Positions 59,314 through 64,000 of a stretch of DNA of 64,000 nt are shown piece after piece. The stretch comes from Hormiphora californensis (lineage: Eukaryota > Animalia > Ctenophora). Below the pieces are notes generated by a model. It did not search any database, was not told the DNA's origin, and saw only the letters and a list, made by a program, of their open reading frames with translations. Both the position numbers and the translations under genes were made by a program. How positions within the stretch are numbered: position 1 is the stretch's first letter; each line of letters opens with the position of its first letter. The stretch covers positions 9,672,001 to 9,736,000 of the forward strand of contig CM035351.1 in NCBI GenBank assembly GCA_020137815.1. Reading direction: 5' to 3'.

Positions 59314-60242
59314 TTAAGTCGAACTTTTTAATCAAGGGACACTAAATTCTTTAATTGGTCATATCTCCGTATCCAGATTAGATAAAGACTTGATCCAGGT
59401 TGCGTTGGAAAGGGAAAAATTTTATCTTTCCAATGCGACCAATGGCAAGTCTCTATCTTATCAGGAAGTTACTGAAATACATTACCTACTCGGTCCTGGG
59501 ACAATCTGCGGGTACTGGGTGAATCGTCATGGCCTTGTGAGCATGGGAAAATACCCGCCGATTCATCACGATGCAAAATGAGGCGGTAATTTACGTTTGA
59601 GTTTGGTCTCCCAAAACAATCTGTCGCGCGGGATTCGCTGACAAACGTGCTTTACATCGCGTGCACGTGAGTTCTTGCTGTCCACAGAGCGGGAGCCTAT
59701 TCTTCGCGGTGCGAGAATAGGTTGCAATGGAGCCAACCATTAGCTGTCAGAGCATTGGCCTGACCCTATTCTCATTTCTCTCAAATAAGGAGAGAACTGT
59801 GGTCAGAGCATTGGCCTGACAGACCATTAGCGGTGATCAAGTTATCGCACACCGCAAAGTTCACTAGGACAGGTGTGTTTATAAATATAACCAGTTGATA
59901 ATGTTTTGATGTAATTTCTATCATGGCGAATACTCTTAGTCTTATTCTTATTAAAAATGATTGAAATTCAGTTCTACTATAGTTACACATCTACTTATAG
60001 CTACACAGTTACACATTTACTGCTCCAATCTCGAGCTGCGGGTCTACTCTCGCTCGGAGAGAGAGCTTCGAGAGCGTCGAGAGCTCTCGAGGCTCTTCTC
60101 TCTCAGCTATTTATCTTTTTTCTCCCGCCTCTCGTGTCTTTCTCCCGCTCTATTTCTCTCTCTTATCTCTATCTCTCTCTCTCTCTATTCGTCTCTCTCT
60201 CTCCTCTCTCTCTCTCTCTTCTCTCTCCTCTCTCTCTCTATT

Positions 60243-60311
<69 letters not shown>

Positions 60312-60816
60312 ATCTCTCTATCTCTCTCTCTCTCTTTCTATCTCTCTATCTCTCTCTCTCTAGTTACTGCATGTCTTTTTATTTTACTGACATAAATTGC
60401 GCTTGATAGAAGTGAACAGGAAGTTGAGGCTCTGGCACATCTCCGTCCCAATCTATTTCTCTTGTCGTTATTTGAAGAACTTTGTAAATAGCTTCTTTAA
60501 ACTCTCCAAATATCATTCCTTGTGACCTATAGGAGAAGGAGGGTTTAATAGGAAAGTATCTATAGTTAGATCTTTTGAATGTCATAAAAATCATTGATTG
60601 GACCGTATTAGGTAATTTAAATATTGTCTCAATTGTGATATCTACACAGCGGTGGGGGATATCCCACATCGTCTACGTATTGTCTAGGTGGTGTAATCAC
60701 CTTCCCTGTAGAATTTCTGTCCTGGTGAAACGAGGATACGGGTTTACTATATTACTATCAGCAAACCTAACTCTATCACTATTATAGTACATATATATAA
60801 TACAGTGTATACTATA

Positions 60817-61113
60817 TCTATATTATAATTTGGAGATGAACGTCGAAGTGATGGCCGTTCGTTAGGCGGTATCTAAGCGACAGACTGCTCCTTCATAAAA
60901 CACTTCATATGACGAAAGCTGTAAAGCTGTTATTCACACTTTCTGAAGTTCCAGTGGAAGTTTCTTAATATTTCGAATGACTTTTAACAGGCCATTCCCC
61001 ATAGTTACCAATTCAGTTGCCATGGCAACCGTTTTATAGACGTTGAAAGGGGCGAAAAAAACCACCCGGCGAAGCCGGGTGGGTTATTAGAAAGCCCTTA
61101 CTTGAGGCGCTAG
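60817..61113 (+). mobile_element. Non-autonomous Helitron
   Basis: 5' end A|TCTATATTATAAT; GC-rich hairpin CACCCGGC-GAA-GCCGGGTG and a second small hairpin before CTAG|T. Confidence 0.65.
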
Positions 61114-61156
61114 TGTATATATATAACTGTATAGTATACTAATGTGTGTATAGTAT

Positions 61157-62210
61157 ATTATACCAAAACTAATTGAAATTAGTGGGCCCGAAAGGTTGAC
61201 CTACTATTTGAGCTACCTTTGCCACCTCAACATTCACTGGGCAGTGGGCACCCGGTACAGACAGGGTACAGAAGCTTCGTCTATCTTCACAAGGGAATGA
61301 ACTGGTGCCAAAGGTAGCTCAAATAGTAGGGCAACTTTTCTGGCCCACTAATTTCAATTAGTTTTGGTATAGTATGCATCATCTTTGGGATTTTTTATCC
61401 ATGAAGAGTTAGTATAATAGGTACAGAGAGGTTTCATTTTTGACGTCATTTTGACGTCATAACGCGACTTCACGACGTTATAACGTCATAATGACGACGT
61501 GATATCATCGGGATTACCTAGATGAAGATACTGACCAAGTTTGAGATTGATTGCATGAGATTAGAGTCCGGTATGGCGAAAAACCCATATCGTCATATCT
61601 ATTTTTAGACAGTCATAACACTTTAGACGCGTTTTAAGACCCTTATATATCTAATTCTGAAAATTCGGTATAGTTTCTGAAAGTTCAGACAATTCTCTTT
61701 CCGTGATATAGTCTTCGTTTTTCGATTAGAATCCGTGTAAATTGAGCGCAAAGAAGTTTGGTCAGAGTCTAAAAAATGACGACTTTATGACGTTCTGTAA
61801 GACGTTCCTGGCAATGAAAAGAGACCCCACCTCGACTAATGCACATACATCCAGTAGATCTACCAGCTGTGAAAACGAGAAGTTTCTATCTCTTTTCGTT
61901 TGGCGTGAATATAATGGTTTATAAAAAGCGTCTATCCTATGCGCCCGCACGCGGTCCTGTTACACTGAATCTTCAGCAAATGGGACCAGTCTGTAACTTC
62001 CGTCGCAGATAAGAAAGAGACTTGAAATAAACTTAAGTAAAAGACCCCAAGCCGGGTATACATTCCAAATTTCAAGTCAATCGGATGAAAGGGAGCGACG
62101 CTATAGCCTTTCGAAATCCGGTTTTTCAGCCAAACACGTATAACTGCGTTTCTGGCAGCGCTTTTGGGGGGGGGGGGGAAGGCAACCTTTGCGCTTGCCA
62201 GCGCAATGAC
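61157..62210 (+). mobile_element. Helentron/HINE-like family B, copy 2
   Basis: Co-linear with 17471-18575 along its whole length; ORF-track entries 18094 and 61762 are homologous. Confidence 0.62.
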
Positions 62211-64000
62211 TAATATGTATACTATACACGCGTTTACTTAAGTTTATTTCAAGTCTGTGCATCAAAATTCAAATCTCAGAACTTTCGTTGGTTCATGAAG
62301 TTGAATTTCAACTTCAATTACCTTGTCAATTAGATAAGACGGATATTTTACGAGATCTCTTCAACTCGACATCCAGACCGTCCCATTTACTTTCTACAAG
62401 ACATTTAATATAATACCTATCACCCCTAGCTGCAGTAGTCTGACCCATATCTGCTTACTGAATTTTCTCAGCTTTGATGTATTGGTAGGTCGTGTTGCTT
62501 GCAGTTGCAGTTGTGCGTATAATAAAATCAATGGTTTCTGTCACCTTAAGATACGAGATAAGATATTTAACTCTTACCTATCAGATGTCAGTTTGAAGTA
62601 TAATATCTCTGCATCTGTCGTGTTGAGGTTGTTATAGCCAATCAAATCAAGTTCTCGTAACATCTGAAAGTCAGAGAACTAAAATAGCATTAGTTAAATG
62701 GTTGTATGCTAACAATTCACAAGAGTATGACCATCAATAAGTTTTTTTTTCTCTCTCTCTCTCTGTCGCCCCTGTCTCCCTCCCTATCTCTCTCTGTCAG
62801 TATCTTATATATATATACATATATACATATATATTATATGATATATAAATTAATATATAAATATGTGGGTTGGTGCAGCGGGTAAGAGGGCTGCTCCTGG
62901 GTGAGGGATGGCGTGGTGATTCGGGTTTATAAACCGTATACGGTTGCTCTACGGGCTTTCTAGTTATATTATCAAGTAATTCAAATAAATGTCGTGGTGA
63001 GGATGAGTATGGAGCATCCAGTATCCAGTTCCACACGTGCAAATCGAATTTTTGGGCAAATCGAATTTTTGGGGCAATGTTTGAAATCTGTGGCTTTTCG
63101 GAAAAAGCTTGATCTCCTCTTTCTAAAGAGCTCAAGATTTTAAAAATTGGTTTTGAAATAACCAAGTTATATTTGAGGTTAAACGTCTCAGAATTGTGCC
63201 AAAAAGGTGGCCGCTGATTCAACAGGGGAGGGGATTTGTGTAGGACTCCAACGGGCTTTAAAAGTAGGTCGGAACAATGCCGAGGTGCTGATCCCCTTTT
63301 TCTTATAGCGTTTCAGCGACGGTCCATTTTTGGTACAGATTTCTCTGCAGCATAGCTCGGGCGCCACCTCAAGCAGACAACCTTATTGTTTAGATATACA
63401 CCGTTTTTGCGAAACTCTCGAAAGAGCATGATCTACCAATCATAGCTTGGCGGTGTAGACTCTTCTGTACAAAGTAATCCTTTTTATCACCAAAAATTGT
63501 GCATCCCGACGGCTTTGGGCTCCGGGTTATCCAAACCAATTTGATTGGTCGAGGGAGGAGACATACTGAAGTTGGTCGGGCGCGTTGAGATCTCAACCGT
63601 GTGACACACACTGAAGTTCGATATGGCTCCAACCATTTTTGACTAAGAAATCATTTCCAAGAGGCTAATTTCTTTACTGATACATCTCTCGGGGTATATT
63701 TCAATATTTCATCCATAGGGTAAACCGGGGCAAAATGGTTAACTTTTTACTTAATCGGTTCACACTCCCAATCCCATTTAAAAAAAGACCTCGAATTGCC
63801 CCGGTGGTTCGAATCGCCCCGGTAATCTTAATTTACCAGAATTTGGAATGAAAACATGCGAATATTTAAATAATTTGTATACCATCTGAAAGCTAATATT
63901 TTTTAGCTTTCAGCTGGTTTTTTCAAATCGAAAATTGACCAACTTAAACCGGATCTAGAGCCTATTCAGTGGTAACGAGCAGGCTCGAAAGAGCAGTTTT

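Noticed and set aside
57598-63892. Inverted similarity between ~57.6 kb and ~63.8 kb as TIRs of one 6-kb transposon
   Set aside because: The matches are internal and diverged, with no TSD or transposase between them; two independent copies of one repeat family explain it better.

Overview
Eukaryotic (animal) nuclear DNA from an error-prone draft assembly. Short GT-AG introns, genes about 100 bp apart, splice acceptors just before start codons and abundant (GA)n tracts suggest a non-bilaterian such as a ctenophore; this is inference only. Recognisable genes: RPL27, RPS21, NAXE, separase (ESPL1), YKT6, a ZC3H10-like gene, CCT2 (minus strand) and CCDC65/DRC2. Most of the rest is non-autonomous DNA transposons (TTAA/Kolobok-like, TA/Tc1-mariner-like, hAT, Harbinger, Helitron/Helentron), two LINE remnants, microsatellites and a low-quality tract at about 52.7-54.1 kb. 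Main highlights: (1) a 3-exon gene at 11961-13185 for a 278-aa secreted precursor with 15 copies of EDLQHGYF(AAEEG) and a cationic C-terminal peptide ending in C-x4-C; (2) four separase introns in which the exon end plus 5' splice site is tandemly amplified, up to 41 copies; (3) an operon-like RPL27-RPS21-NAXE-separase cluster that is probably SL trans-spliced; (4) a 39-nt splice-acceptor module shared by two unrelated loci.
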